Shown: positions 27,501 to 42,700 of the stretch, piece after piece | Numbering within the stretch: position 1 is the first letter of the stretch | Layout of the letters: every line of letters starts with the position of its first letter | Assembly: GCA_977016875.1 (NCBI GenBank) | Contig: CDRNST010000114.1 | Coordinates: 558,001-622,000 of the forward strand | DNA length: 64,000 nt | Direction: 5' to 3' | DNA from: Pavona decussata | Taxonomy: Eukaryota | Program-made: the position numbers and the translations under genes | The notes under the pieces: model-generated | What the model was told of the DNA's origin: nothing | Database searches by the model: none | What the model saw: only the letters and a program-made list of their open reading frames with translations

Positions 27501-30500
27501 CATGTGTGGCCATCTAAATAAAAGCTACTGAGCAGCACTTTTCTGTGGTGCTGTTAATTATGCTGTACAAGGTGGTTCTAACTTTTGAGTCTGTGGATGA
27601 AATCGTAAAGTGTGACCATTCAAATGAAAGCTACTGAGCAATACTTTCCTGTGGTGCTGTTTATTATGCTGCACAAGGTGGTCCTACCTTTTGAGTCTGT
27701 GGATGAAATCCTAAAGTGTGGCCTTTCAAATGAAAGCTACTGAGTAGTACTTTCCTGTGGTGCTGTTTATTATGCTGTACAAGGTGGTTCTAAATTTTGA
27801 GTCTGTGGGTGAAATCCTAAAGTGTGACCATTCAAATGAAAGATGTTCACAAAGTTTCCACACCACGTCATATTTTTTTCACCTGGCCCCAGCTGTTCAA
27901 AGGCCGGATAACTTTATCCGCTGGATAATGCACTATTCAAGGTCTAAAATATACTTCACGTAAAACCTTTTCCAATGTTTTTGTACACTCCCAAACTTAA
28001 CTGTGGTTAGAGTGTGCATATTCGCTTGTACAAGAGGAAATACTCAAATCTTTGCACAGATTGGAACTGACGGATAGCGACTTATCCACTGGATAAAGTT
28101 ATCCGGCCTTTGAACAACTGGACCCTGGTGAAAAAATTTTGTCCAAATATTTGTACTCCCTTACCTTGTTTCCTTTGCCGCAGGTTGTGAAATGCTCCTC
28201 CCATTGTTTCTTCAGTGCATCATAAGCGCTCTGGACTTTATTTCTTTCACTCTGCGCAAACTGAAGTTGTTTCTGGCCATCCTTGAAGGGAATTAATTTT
28301 ACCAGAATATCAATTATGGTTAGTATCATCACTATTGATTTTGTCATTATGACAATAAATTGCATTTATATCCGTCACAGTAACACTAAATCCTTTGTGA
28401 AGAGCAAGTGTTTCCAATAGATAAAATGAGTGATCACTGGTCTACCTGAGTTTGAAGTTTTTCTTTTTAAATTCTAACATTGGAAGTCTGGGGAGGGGTG
28501 GAAAATGGTGCTTTTTACAATAGGTCTACAGAGTGTTTTCACATGACGTCACAACGGCCATGTTGGTGTCCCAAAACAAAGAAATGGCGCCCATGTTGGT
28601 GTCCAAAATTAAACCTCTTGGAATTGAACTCTATTTTTATGCAAATACTTTCTTTTGTTTCAGTTAACCAATATGGCCAGTAGTCACGTGAATGAAAACG
28701 CTCTATAAAATGTTGTTTATTTCAATGCCTAATAAACTAGATAATAACCCATTTTACAGTTGTGTCCTTTATGCTTATTGACCTGGCCTTTGAGTTGAAG
28801 CGAGGATGGAGTTAATTTTGTTTTGATACAAACCTCAGCCTCGCTTCCACTCAAGGGCCAGGTCGCTAAGCACACAACTGTAAATGGGCTGTTACATTTT
28901 ACTCACTTTGTTTTTATCCGTTTCTGTTTTCAGCTCCTTCTCTTTCTTCTTAAGCTCTGATTTCATTGCTTTTTCTCGTTCTGCTACTGTCTCAAGTTGC
29001 TTCTTCAGTTCTTGTTTTGCAAGGAAATTCACTTTGAGTTCCTCCTTAAGGTCATGAATTAGCTTGTCTAAATTGGCTTTCTCCAGAACAGAGGCATCCA
29101 GCTTCTCTTGCAAATCACTGACAGATTTGGCCAGGTCTTTCTTTTCAGCTGTTAAAACTTCAATTTCTTTTACATCCTACAAAAAACAAAACAGACATCA
29201 ACTGTTATCGCAATTAAAGGTTTCATCAGCCCATAATGAAAACTACACGTTCTTGGACAAGAAATCTGATTCGCTAGTCTCACGTCATGTCCACGCGTAT
29301 CCAACTTTCAATCGTTTTCATTTGATAACCGTGATTTTTTGTTTGTTTTTGTTGGTTTTTGGGGGACGGAGGGGTGGTTAGGCATTCCAACTTTCGTCCA
29401 CACATAAACAATTGAAGACAACAGCAATAATAAACCCTTCAAATAAGCCACTTTTCAACAACTCTGTCTGAAGTAGAAATTGTTAATGGCGTAGATTTCT
29501 TAATTTATCATGAACGGTCCTAGAGCATAAGGTCTGAGGCAGGAGTGAGGAGGGGAGAGTGGATCTGGGAAAAGAGGATCACGCGCGAGGATCCACGTTT
29601 TTGATGCTTTGCCCTTCGTGGATATCCGTTATTGCCAATTCACACCTTCTATCTCTGCAAAGTCTACTTAATTTAATTCATACCCTTGCCTGTTCTTCGC
29701 TGTTTTGTGTCGTCTGCTCCGGATTTTTGCCCGTTTCCTTTATAGCTGAACTCAAATCCTCAAGCTGCCCCTTCAGCATCTTTGGATGAAAAAATATATG
29801 TACGTTCTTCATCGTCTGGGAGGTCCGTATTGGGACACAATGTGCCCGAGGTCTCGGCCGTACTGCCGTAGACAGAGGGCGCAGTTTTTCCCAATACGGA
29901 CCGATCCTTCTGGAAGAAAACAAGACCCAGGTCTCGCAACAAATTCCCCCAGGTTCATGGAAAAGATCGAACTTCCGCCCCCTGCGCGGAACTAATCAGA
30001 CTGCATGATTTACAGAATTGCGCCCACTCAGAAAAAAAATAATAATAAATAACTGAAGTGGTTGAACTTCTAAATACAATGAACGATTACTAATATGAAG
30101 AACAAAGGGGCAGATTGATAGTCCATATCATGGGTGCAAAAGACATGACATCATTTCAAATCCAGTGGGTACCATTTGGTTAAGGATTGTGCATGGATAC
30201 TGCTACTTAGGTATAAGAGTAGGAACATTTTCAACGGAGTGTCGAAAGTAATTTGCATTCAAAGAAACAAAAATGATGAATTTTTAGCCTCAAATAAAAT
30301 GAGAAAGGTTTAGGATTCAACACTTCATGAGCACAGGACAAAGAAAACATCTGAGTTTCTGATGGGAAATGCACACATGATCTTCCGCACGGTTGCTCTA
30401 ACAACTGATTGTTTGGTTTTTACCAAGACAGTTGATTACTAAAGGTAATTTGGCCACTGTAAAGAGATTCAAAAGCTCACAGATTTGCTCAGACAAAGGG

Positions 30501-33500
30501 CTACCGCTCGAAATGTCAGCACTCCAATGTCTTAACGGTGGCCATATTACCTTATCCACTCTGTTGATCAAACCACAGATTCCTTTTTCACTCCCCACCG
30601 ACTTAGCATCACAGTTTCTTTCAAAACTAACCCTCTTAACAGAGACATTTTTCCTATTTTAAGTTTATCGTGTGAGTGCATCTGTTTTATTTCACAAAAT
30701 TTTCACGATGGATTTTTTAAGAGCATTTTTTTAAGAGCATTTTATTATCAAAACGTCGCACATGAAGCGAATTGCGTAATTACATTACATAAGAATAAAC
30801 CTAGTAAAATTATAGCTTGTCAACTTGATCGGGACTGGGCATTACATTTTAAAATTATTTAAATTTATATTTTTACATTTTCAAATTACTCAGAATTTAC
30901 AGCCTACAATTTCGATATCATAAAAAGTTCACCAAAAATAAATAATGTTGGAAAATATCCAGCTAGAGACCATGGGCTTTAGAGCACATGTGGGGGAAGA
31001 AACTTTTCTCAAAGCGCTCTGTTTTACACTTCATCAGCGATGGCCTATCATTAAAGCATAGGGAGCGGCCGTGCGCGCGCGCCCGAGTCAGTGGCATAAG
31101 ATGGTGAAGGCGTGACCTGGGATCCTTGATCTTTTCAAAGGTTTTCGCACACAAGAAATCTCTTCGTGCGCACATAGTGCAGCCAGACAGCTTCAAAGCG
31201 TCTTCGTAGTGGGAAGCAGGAAAGATGATGCGTAACGCGCGTTTTTGCACTCTCTCGATTCTTTCTGAGAGCTGGACAGAGAGAGAGGAATGTAACACAG
31301 GGCAACAGTACTCCAGTACCGACCTAATTAGTGCAAGGTAAAATCGAAGGAGATCGTGTGTAGGTGCGCCACAGCGCTTTAGCACTCGTAATATATGCAG
31401 TCGTTTGGAGGCCTTGCCTACTATTTCATTTACATGTGAATCCCATTTTAGGTTACTTTGAATAGTGACTCCCAAAACTTTGTGGGCTTCAACGGTTTCT
31501 AGTGCACTGCCAGTCACAGCTAGATCTGGAGGAAAATGCTCAATCTGGTTTTCTTGATTCAGTAGCTCTATGATTGGTTTCAACAAATCATACCATTTAT
31601 CGTAACAAATTGGAAATAAATCAAAGGCTCCTGTGAGCCAACTCGTGAATGCAGATGACACATAGTAATTGAAATTTAGACGGCTACGGAAACTTCCTCA
31701 AAAGCTAAAAGAAATTATATCTTTGCCCGATTATGTAACGAAAAATGACCATTCTTGTACTATTAAAATGGTTGTCAAATTATTCTGTACAGATTAAATA
31801 AGCCGATTATTCTGATGCGCCGATTAAAAAAAATCATGTGTTTTTTTTATTCAAAGTTCATAGGAGCACGCCATGTGCAGCTACGTCATGCAAATTCGTG
31901 TCCCCGATAGTCCGGGGCTACATCGGGCTAGTGGATTCTAACCATCACTTGCCCGATGGGCAAGTGAAGTTTTTTTGGGAATTAAAATTACAAAATTACT
32001 GTAGGGCAAGCCGATCTCACAAAGGGAAATATGTTCAACAAAGTATCGCATTACATTTCATGCCCGACATAAATGCGTGAAATTTTTCCTTTGTAGTTCA
32101 GTCCACGCAATCCTCAAGTAAAAATAATGAACTATGACAAGCTCTTGCTAAATAAGAATTATTTATCGACCGCGTCCTTTTGCTTTCCCATAAATTTCCA
32201 GTTGTAAATTTCGAAAATGAAACATTTTTTCCCTGTGAAACCTCTATGAAAGCTGACAAGATCTTAAAGTGTTCATTTCACCAGAAATTTGCATAATTTT
32301 GTTTACCACGTCAATGATGCGTGACATGGCACGTTCCGCTTTCGCGTGAAAACTGACAAATTAAATTATTTTTTAATTAAATTATTTCTAAATTAAATTA
32401 TTTTTAATTCTTAAAAGAAACCGCACTTCGTAGAAAAAAACGAAAAAATCCTATAACTTTGCTCAGATTCAACGAAAAATCCCCATTCTTACACTAAAAT
32501 GATTGTCAAATTATTCTCTACAGAATGAATGAGAGAATTCTGACGCGTCGTGAAACAAATTTTCACGTTTTTTTTTTTTTTTCACTAATTGAGTTTACGA
32601 CCCCGGACTTTCTGAAAAACTGAAAAAACTTGAAACTTTGCTCAGATTGAACGAAAAATCGCCATTCTTGCACTAAATGATCGTCAAATTATTCTCTACA
32701 TATTGAATAAGAATTTCCTGATGCGCCATGAACAACAAATGTTCGCGTGTTTTTTCCACTAATTGAATTTAAAACTCATTCACTGCGCACGCCCGAAAGT
32801 TAACGACAAAACCGACTGATCGACTGATCGACTGATCGACCAAGTCGAGAGTCAGCTATCGCTATAACTCGTTCATTGCGCATGCGCGCATTCACGAGTT
32901 AAAAATCACTCTACGTTCTGTTACTGATAGTCTTTTTTTTAATAATTACTGACCAGTAGTTAAATATTTTCACATTTTCTTAGGGTTGACTGGTAGGTAA
33001 ATATTTTCACATTTTCTTATGAAATTTACCTCATTTTGTTGCAGTACTTTGTTATGCTCTTCCTGGAAAGACTTGAGTGAAAGACTGAGCTCGTCTTTTT
33101 CAAACACAACACATTCCAGTTGTTTCTTTGCAGCCTACAAAGGCAAACAGACTTAAATTAACTTTTACAACTAGAAAAACAACAGCGTTATATCCTGGTA
33201 ATTGAAGCCCTTTTTCCACAGTAAGTTACTTTTAAGTTAAAAAGAAGCATTTAAAAAAGGCATCTGGCGGGGACACGGAGCAGGTTTGGTTAATTAGATA
33301 TTTTGTCGTTAGAACAACATAAACCTGGCATATTTTGACTAGAAAGTCCTTTTTCGATTTTCTGTGCCAAAGGCCAAACGTCACTTTTGTACTTAGAAGG
33401 ACTTTTTGTAACGTAATCACTTTACTGAATCCCACTTTAATATTCTTCTCGTCCACATTTGACCACAACTCAAGTACAGAAAAACCCTCGTATCAGAACC

Positions 33501-36500
33501 TAGATTTTTTCCAGGTTAGCTTAAAATTGAGGTCTGCTGAGGATGTAGGCTGTTATCAGTGTTCCTAAATACATGTATGCACTTATTTTCTTCAAAGCAA
33601 AAGGTGCCTGTTACTGATCCAACAACTGGTTCAATATGGCTGTGGTCCCTTCCTAAACATGTAACTATATCTAACAAGACCATACTCTGAGCAAATACAA
33701 ACCCTGTTCTTGGTCTGCTTATTAATTTTTTTCAAATGCCAGACAACGAATGGTTCATTTATATTTTTGTCTTTTCCCTCGTCTTCCAGATAATAACCTG
33801 TTTTAATCTTTAGGCTCACCAGGTTCTTATTAATTATGTAATGGGGCTTTAAAATACCAAACTTTTAGCCTGCTGGCCTGGTTGTTCAAAGAGCGGATAA
33901 CTTTATCCAGTGGATAAATCGCTATCCAGCAGGTAAGATGTACTCCAACCGATACATTTTTTATGCTGTATGAAGTTATCAGCTCTTTGAACAACTGGGC
34001 CCAGGTGTTTAATCCACTAGGTTCTTATATGCGGATTTTCATTGTTGTAGTCTGTAGAGTTGTTATTGCTGTTCCTGCTGCTACTGTTGTTATTTATATT
34101 TTTGTCATCTGCCCCTGGTTGTACAGATTGGCTTTTAGTCTTTGGGCGCTTTTCATTCGTCAGAACTGGCGGGCCAGACCGACCAGTTCGTAAACGGAAA
34201 ACAATCTTAGATGTAATCTACAGGTAGCCAAGCTCCCTTTACCTCGCTGCTTTCTGAAACACTCCTGTACTGTTGTTGAAGACCACTGACTGAATCTTTC
34301 AAGACTTCATTCTCTACAAACAGCTTCTCAAATTCTTCGGCTGTTTCCTTTGAAAGCAAAGATAATGAATCGATCATCACTCTTTAGAACTCACCATACT
34401 TAACAAAAATTTCATCAACTGTCACATTTGCCTGACATTTGCTACTTATAGCACATTCAACAATTCAGTCCAGCCTCTTGACTTTCCACTAAATTACTAT
34501 ACCATCAAAATAATGTATTATGACAGCTAAAGAGGGTGAGTGTTGTAAAACCCAAACCACTCTGACCAATCACAAAAAACGCAAACAGTGCAACAAATCA
34601 ATCAGAATTTGAAGCAAAAACATGTACCGGCATCAAACACAAGAAAACGTGAGTGCACAAGTCATGATTTGTCTTGGTTTTGTTTATGATTGACCGAAAA
34701 AGTGGTGCAAGTTTTGCCAACCAATCACAGAGCATATAAAAGCAAAACAAATGCAAACAAAATATGACTTTCGACACTCACATAAAGGCTGTTCTCACAT
34801 AAACTAAAGGCAGAAATGGTACTGCCAGCTTAAAGTCTTGGATAGAAAATCTTTTTTGTTTGTTTGTGTTCTCTAGTGTTACACTGTATAAGCATTACTG
34901 AAACCCCTCCCCTCAGAATGCTGTTTAGATGGCATCAATGAAAGAGAGAAGCTTAAAGACTTTTGTAAATCATGACGAGTTTTAATTGCGTTTTTTTTTC
35001 CCATCAGATGCAGCCCAAACACGTCCTGCTGGTTTTTCTTAAGTTGAAAACTACAATATTGGATCTCTTATGGAATAATGATACCTTGTTTTTCTGCTCC
35101 AGGGCTTGCAACTCCTTTCTACTGTCATTTAATGCCGCTTCAATGTCTTCTTTCTCAATCTTTACAACTGAAAGTGTCTTTCTTAATTCCTGAAAAAAAG
35201 AACATGGCTTCTGTCTTTAACAACAGAAAATGTTAACTTGCAAAATCGAAGTGGTTCCCTCCTAAGTCAAGATGATTATTGTAATGTTATCCAAAGAAAA
35301 ATTCATGAAACTGGCAGCAACCAAATCATTCAGTATAAAAAGAAACACCAAACAAAATAAGGATCCATTGTACAGGATTCAATTTGGATCTGTGTCAAAA
35401 ATTTTAACGATAGATCTGTCTTTGGCTTACACTGACTCTGGTTTCTGGGCAACCTATATCTGTGCAGCTTCAGTTGTACTGTGCTGTTTTGAATCTGTAC
35501 ACATCCCAAATCTGTACAGTACCAGTAAGGTGTGAAAACTATGTTGTTTCCTTAGAAACTTTGCTCCACATTGGCTCTCTTCACCCAGGTGTATTATAGG
35601 CTATCGGCAACACCCCTCTAGGGGTAACCCTGTGATGGACTAGTTGCTTCATGCTGGGTACCCTGTGATGGACTAGCATCCCATCCAGGGGGAGCAGCAA
35701 TACTCCTACTTGCTTCATGCTTCAGAAACTGGTTTAAGCTCTGGCCGTTTGGGAAACTAAGGCGACTTTACCCTTCATCATCACCATCATCATCATCGTC
35801 ATCATCATAACAATAATAATAGTCTTCATCTTTGATTTTTGAAATGTCACTCCCTTGATGCAACCAGTTTTAATAAATGCACTTATTTAGCTTGATAAAT
35901 CTGTTTCTAAACCTCTTGCTCATGTTCAATGTACATGCACTCCTTGAACTGTGACTGTCATTCCATCACAAAATTAATGGTTTAGTAAGAGCATGACAGT
36001 AAACATTGCTCAAGTACCTTGACTGGCATCTTGCTTAAATCTTCCTGAGATGAACTCATGTCTTTCAACTTGTTCTTCAGCCTCTGAATGTTTTGACAAA
36101 TTATTTGAGAACAGATATTATATTTAAAATAAAGTTTATTGTTACCTAAAAATCAGTGTTCAATTAAAATTTGAGAGATTTCATTGCATTATAATAACAT
36201 TAACAAAAACCCTGATGTGGCAATCTTCATGCACTGATTCAGGTATTTGTAATAGTAAGGAAAATAAAAACCCAAAGTCGTGCCAAGGATTGTGTCCAAA
36301 TTGAAAAACATTGGACAGAACAGTGCTGCTTGTTGACTTAAATATCCTTTACCACTGTTATAAGTTGAGGTGAACATCTCACTTTCTATGCAGCCATTTT
36401 GAGCTGTCACACAAGAGAAGATATAGTTCCGTAAATTCAGGAATTATTGTAGACATTTGTATGAAGAAGGGCAAAACTTGCCCGTTTCTACATGATCGTC

Positions 36501-36660
36501 TTTCAGACTTAATTGCATGTAAGCTACATGTATATCTTTGCCTTTGAAAGACAAGACTCTCAAACTTTCCTTCTTTCTATTATTATGTGCAGTAAAACTA
36601 TCTGTATGCACAGTATAAGAAGCACCACAGGGCGTGTAGCGCAACCTGCGAGCCAAGCGA

Positions 36661-36712
<52 letters not shown>

Positions 36713-39700
36713 TAAAGAAAACGACAAAACCTTTAAGTTTGCAAAACATGTAAAGTTTCGACAGAGACTTCTGTCATCTTCAGTTGGTTAATGTACACAG
36801 TGTTTGAAGTTGAATTTACAACAAGTAGACAAAAATGCTAATTNNNNNNNNNNNNNNNNNNNNNNNNNNNNNNNNNNNNNNNNNNNNNNNNNNNNNNNNN
36901 NNNNNNNNNNNNNNNNNNNNNNNNNNNNNNNNNNNNNNNNNNNNNNNNNNNNNNNNNNNNNNNNNNNNNNNNNNNNNNNNNNNNNNNNNNNNNNNNNNNN
37001 NNNNNNNNNNNNNNNNNNNNNNNNNNNNNNNNNNNNNNNNNNNNNNNNNNNNNNNNNNNNNNNNNNNNNNNNNNTTTCCAGCTGTGTCAATGGCTTTTCA
37101 TTACCTGACCTACACTGTACATCAAAATTTTAAATCACCATGATCAAGGACAATAATTGTGTAACAACCCAAATATTGACTATATGTAAGAGACCGGCAA
37201 TCCTATGAATTGCCGCTAGATTTTCCCAAACGTATTGACATTTTGTAATGTTCAGAGACACCCACAACTTACATCATGATTCACTTTCAGTGTTTTGAGA
37301 GATTTCAGAGCTTTCTCCTTCTCTGCTTTTACTTTGTTGAGTTGATCACCAAGCTCCTAAAAAAATAAATTCCTTTTTTGGTTAGCAAATATATAAAAAA
37401 AAATTCCACTCAAGTATTACAAAGATTGATTTTATTTTAAAAGTCAAAATAAAAGCTGGCAAGCTTGCATTGATTTAGTAGCAAGGACACCCAGTGGGAA
37501 GTGTTATTCATTTGTAATCAATATTGTAATATAAGCTGTATTTTTTTTTTTTTAATTTTTATTTTTTAAATTTTGTAATTCCTTTAATTCAGAAATTCAG
37601 AATGCTGAGAGTATTTCTCTGTTTAAATCTAAATTAAGATCATTTATCCTAAATGGACAACTCCTGTTTTGAACATGCTGTTTTATGTTTTGCTGCCTGT
37701 TTGTGTATTGATAAATTAAATAAGCTACGCCTAAAATCCTGATTTCAAAGGTGTCATTTTTTTGAGGAGCCTGTAGCTCATATAAGCACCAATGGTTTCT
37801 CCATGGGCATCCTCGCCATATGTTTCTCACTTTTTTCTTATGTATTTATCTTTTATATTTTAATATACAGCTATTTATTAACATGTCAAATCAAAGCTTA
37901 AAGCTTAAAGACATCTTCAAAGAGGCTGCCACCTCATCCACTTGATATCCTAGCTAACATTTAATTCTTTCATTCAAATGGTATGCCATCGATCCTATAT
38001 ATCTTGACTGGATGGACAAGGCATAGCTGATTTTTTGATGAACTTATTCATAAAAAAAACCCACAGAATCTTGAAGCCTTGTCTTAGAGCTTCATACTCT
38101 GATCCGACAACATTATTGGAATAGCTGTATATTTGAAACTGAAACTGAAAACTGTATAGTAAGGTTTTTTTGTAAGATTGTACTTTAGTGTAGGTATTGT
38201 TAGTATAGTATGTATAATAGAAAGAAGTGTTTAGTATGGTAAATAAATTATTGCATTCTGTGTCATGCAAAGCTAATAAAAATCATAAAACAAAAGATTG
38301 TAGTTAAAACCAAACAGTTGCAGGTGTGGACATGTATAGTTACATATTTTCACATCTCCTAGTTTTTACCTGTCTATCTTTGCTATTAGGCAAAAGTTTG
38401 TTATGTTACCAGATAAAAGCTAATACTGGTAAATCAGTCGTAATATTGAGCTTCTAGGTTTTAAAATTCGGCACCCTGTTTAACTGCCATACTAAATATA
38501 ATTTTCACAACATCAAATACTCCATTTTTCACTTTGTTTTAATTAGGAAAATTTGATATCCCAAATAAAAGTCTCTTATTTTTTACTAATTTCAAGAAAA
38601 TAATGCTTCACATTATTTTTCACATTTTGTGAAAATTTAATTTAAATAGCTTTTAATTAGTTGTCACTCTTCCAAAACCAAAAAATATCCTCAAAACAGA
38701 TCTTGACTTCATAATTCAAAGGAACATCTTCTTACCTTGACATAAAACTTGTTCTCCTCATTTTCCTTGACAGCTGTATCTAAGCCTTCTTCCACCTCCT
38801 GTTGATGACTCTGGGGGTTTAAATGGTGAAATTGTTACTTAAGTTGTTTTGTATTTAAAGCCTGGTTTCCATACAGGTATGATCACAAACGATTGCAGGT
38901 AATAGCAGATGATGGCAAAATCAGCTGCCCAGAATTCTGGAATCATGGAGAAACAACCTTCTGAGGTCATGTGCCGTCATTGCAATTCTGAGATAATGCT
39001 CAAAGGCAAATCTCAGATGATCACAATGATACCCTTAATTAGCTTAGTCTGTTCAACAAACATGCAACAATACAGTGTTTTGTAATGCGTTAGTAGTAAG
39101 TCAGTAGTAAGTCAGTCATAATTCATAAAGTACCAAATAAAGCACATGCAGATGTTTCTAAAGCAGCCTTCACACGGCAAACTTGTGTTGGCAAACTCAA
39201 GTTGGTGTGTGTGAACGGCACAAAAACAGTCGGCAAACAAGTTGGTAAACTGTTGGCCACAAATAGAACTTGCCTCTATTCTCGCCAACTTTTTCACCAA
39301 CTTTTTTGTGTTAGTAAACTCATATTTGATGCTCCAAGGGTGGGATTTCTACTGATATAAGGTTTCATTCAAACCTTTCTATTTTTCCAGCGCTTTCTGT
39401 TTCTTCTTTGGCGATTAACATACAATAGGACCAAGACACAAGCAGCAACTCTTCATGAGTGCCACTGCACTGCGTCGGCCATGTTGCAAATTTAGCGCGT
39501 TGTGAAGGCACGAGTTGCCAACTTTTTGAAGTTCGCCAACACAAGTTTGCCAACTTAAGTTTGCCGTGTGAAGGCCGCTTAAGGGGAGCAACAGCTGCTC
39601 CCTGACCATACAACTGCAAAAGTTACTGCAATGTCGTCATTTTGCTTATTAGCAAATGTTAGTCAAAATTCAAAAATAAAATAAAATTCCAACCAATATA

Positions 39701-42700
39701 AAATGATGCATCCGATAAATAAAACAAAAGTACACTAATTTACAAAATAAAATTGCTTTGGAAACACAATATTATTAATAAAACTATTAAAATAGTATTG
39801 TTAGTAAGTATTAGAAGATTATTAGATGGTTAGCAAATTACACTTACAGCATTCTATATTAGAAGCACCAGTTGCAAAGTCAAAGGTTAATTAATTATAC
39901 TTTTTGTAAAACCATGCATTACAGCAAACAAGTCTGGCAATGAAGGAGTTTTTCTTTTCTTTTTTTCTTTTTTAATCAAGCAAAGCACAAAACGTCAGCA
40001 TGCTTCACATGTTGAAGCACAATGTGAGGTGTAGTGACACAACACTGTTATTCAAAAAATCTTTAGTAGGAAACTGAAAATCATACATTTTTGCTCTGTC
40101 AATTGCCACACCAGTTTGCCTTTAATCTCACAGTAAAATGCATCACACTCCTGCCACTTAATTGAGACTGCTTGATCAATCAGTATATGACTGATATTAC
40201 ATATAATACAATCAGCTTTCTCAAAATATTTTTGAGTAGTTCACTTGACATAACAGTTTGATGTAGTTGATAGAATTGTTCAAACTTCAAAGGAGTTATG
40301 GGGAAAGTTATCTGTGAGCAGCAAAATCACCGGCTGTTGGTACAATTTGAGAGCTGGGCTGTATGATACATTTTGCAGTGATATTAATTGTAACTCAAGA
40401 GAAAGCTGCATACCCTTGCAGCAGCTTCCCGACCCTCGTAATCTGTACGCATGGTTTCCAGTGCATTCCTAAGGTGCTCTGACTCTATTCTAGCAAGTTC
40501 CAGATCACTTCGCAGCAACTAGCAAGTTAAATGTGATAATCAGCAAGAGTGACAGAATACCACCAACTAGAATATTGAGCCTTACAACGTAATGAATAGT
40601 TACTAAACTAGTAATAATCAAAGATTAGGAAGTGCGTTACATGATCTTAACCCGACGCTCTCTCTCATTTGCCAAGTTGGTGATGAGGTTATTCACCCCT
40701 GTAAAATTGCTGAGGGATGCCAGATATGCGTCCCAAGATCCATTCATTCGTCATCCCATACAATCTCTACTCCAATCTGTATTAGGAACGTGTTCTTTCT
40801 ATGCTGACTGCAATAATGTACATACTATTTTATTGACATAAATAGTACAGTAAATTCCAACCAGTTTTACAGTAAACGGTTTTGTTTTCCGCTTATTTGT
40901 TTGTTTGTTTGTTTGTTTTTGTCAGCCAAACTCATTTTGAAATGGAAAGTTCCCTCCAATAATAAGCCACATGTAACCCACCTTTACCAAAATAAGTGAA
41001 GAAATGAGTATTTCTAAATTGCTTGTTTATGTTTATTCATTTGATCATTGGTGCATTTAGATGGTCTATTTCATTGTTGTAGTAGTTGTTGGTTTAAGGT
41101 CATTCCCCTGCTTTGTAGTATGCAACTCTACTGTGCACAATGGCAAAATAAAAATTTTATGTTTATTTCCAGCTAGCTACTGAATGTTACTCAACCTTAA
41201 TTGCACATAACAACAAAATTCTTAATTTGCATTTTGCTCAGAAATCAAGGTGTTTTCCGTAAGACTCAGAGGGGTTTATATCCAGCTTATTACTGGAATA
41301 AAAAAAATGTTTTGAAAGGAGCTATAGCTGGTTTTAAATTCAGCCTTAAAGCATCATAATAAATGTTCGGCAGGTGCCCTGGGCGATGTTGGATGTCATG
41401 ATGCACAGATGCTCAATATTGTTTCATACAAAAGAACTTCTGCTTATTGATAATAGTGGCAATCATATGATGTCACAAAATCCAAAATGGCAGTGAGTGG
41501 AAAATTTAAAAGTGAAAATAGGCAATAATCATAACTAATTCTTGGCACACCTGAATGTCATTTCTACTTAACAAACTTAAGTTTAGAACTTAGACATTAT
41601 TTCCAACAATTTAATGTCAATTTGTTGTCAGAGTAGGGGGATCCATTAAGGACCTACACTGTTAGCTGTTCACTTGGACAATTAGGGAATTAGAGAATAT
41701 AGGTGCAAGGAAACCACAGATACATGACGTAATGATTCTCTAACTAACCTCGTTCTTTTCTTTCAACTCCTCATTTGCCGCCAAGAAATGCTCATTAATT
41801 TGACCCGCATCCTCACTGCTGCTTAAATCAGCTCGTCTCTGCCATGCAAGCTGATCAAGTTTGCTTTGACATTCATTTTTTTCTACTGAAAGCTTCTGTA
41901 GTTGGGCTTTAAGATCCTACAAACAGGATTAGGAAAGGTAACTAATCTTGCGATAATATTATTACATTATAACAATGATATTGTTAATCAGGTCATTGTT
42001 TAACCTCTCTTTTCTTTTTTCACAAACAGGCCTTGAAGAAGCCAGCCCCAAAAGATAGGTAAGTAAAGGTTGATGAACTAAAGGTCTTCCCTGCCTGTTG
42101 TCATAAACTCAATTCAATTTCAAACTTTGAATTGTTAGCCATTGTCTTTGCAGTTGTTATAGCTGTAGTAGACTTCCATGCAGTCCCCTTAAAAACAACT
42201 GCCAGGGAGACTACCTGTAGCTGTGGTGGCTAGCTGATAGTTGCTACTAACAACCGTTATGTACATTGCAGCGTGTTTTAATTTATGCTCATATATTGCT
42301 TGTAGCAGTTGCGGATAATCACGTCTCCACCAAATTTAATATTCAAAGTTAGGAACTAGTAAATAGGGAGTTTTAATAAGCAACGACGACGGCAACTGCA
42401 ACTACAACGCCGCAAAACAATAGGTTTTATGAGCAACAACAATCACTCTGCACTTGTGTTTTACATTTTGGTACATTTCTTTGCCGTCCTCTGCAAAACA
42501 ACAATGTGAAATGACCACATTTAAGGTTTTGTGGACAACGTCAACGGCGACGGTGAATTTTTCATTAAATAAATTCTTCCTTAATTTGTACGCCACGCCT
42601 ACCAATTTGATTCCAGGATAGTTCGCCATTTTTGTAAAAGTTGAGCAAGTTGAAATAATCGCAAAGTAGCACAAGTGAAGTAAAGATATATATTTTTCAG

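Noticed and set aside
30963-31661. 232-aa host gene
   Set aside because: C-terminal fragment of a LINE reverse transcriptase with an unrelated 5' extension.
36788-37143. ORFs spanning the N run
   Set aside because: Artefacts of the assembly gap, which could nonetheless hide an exon.
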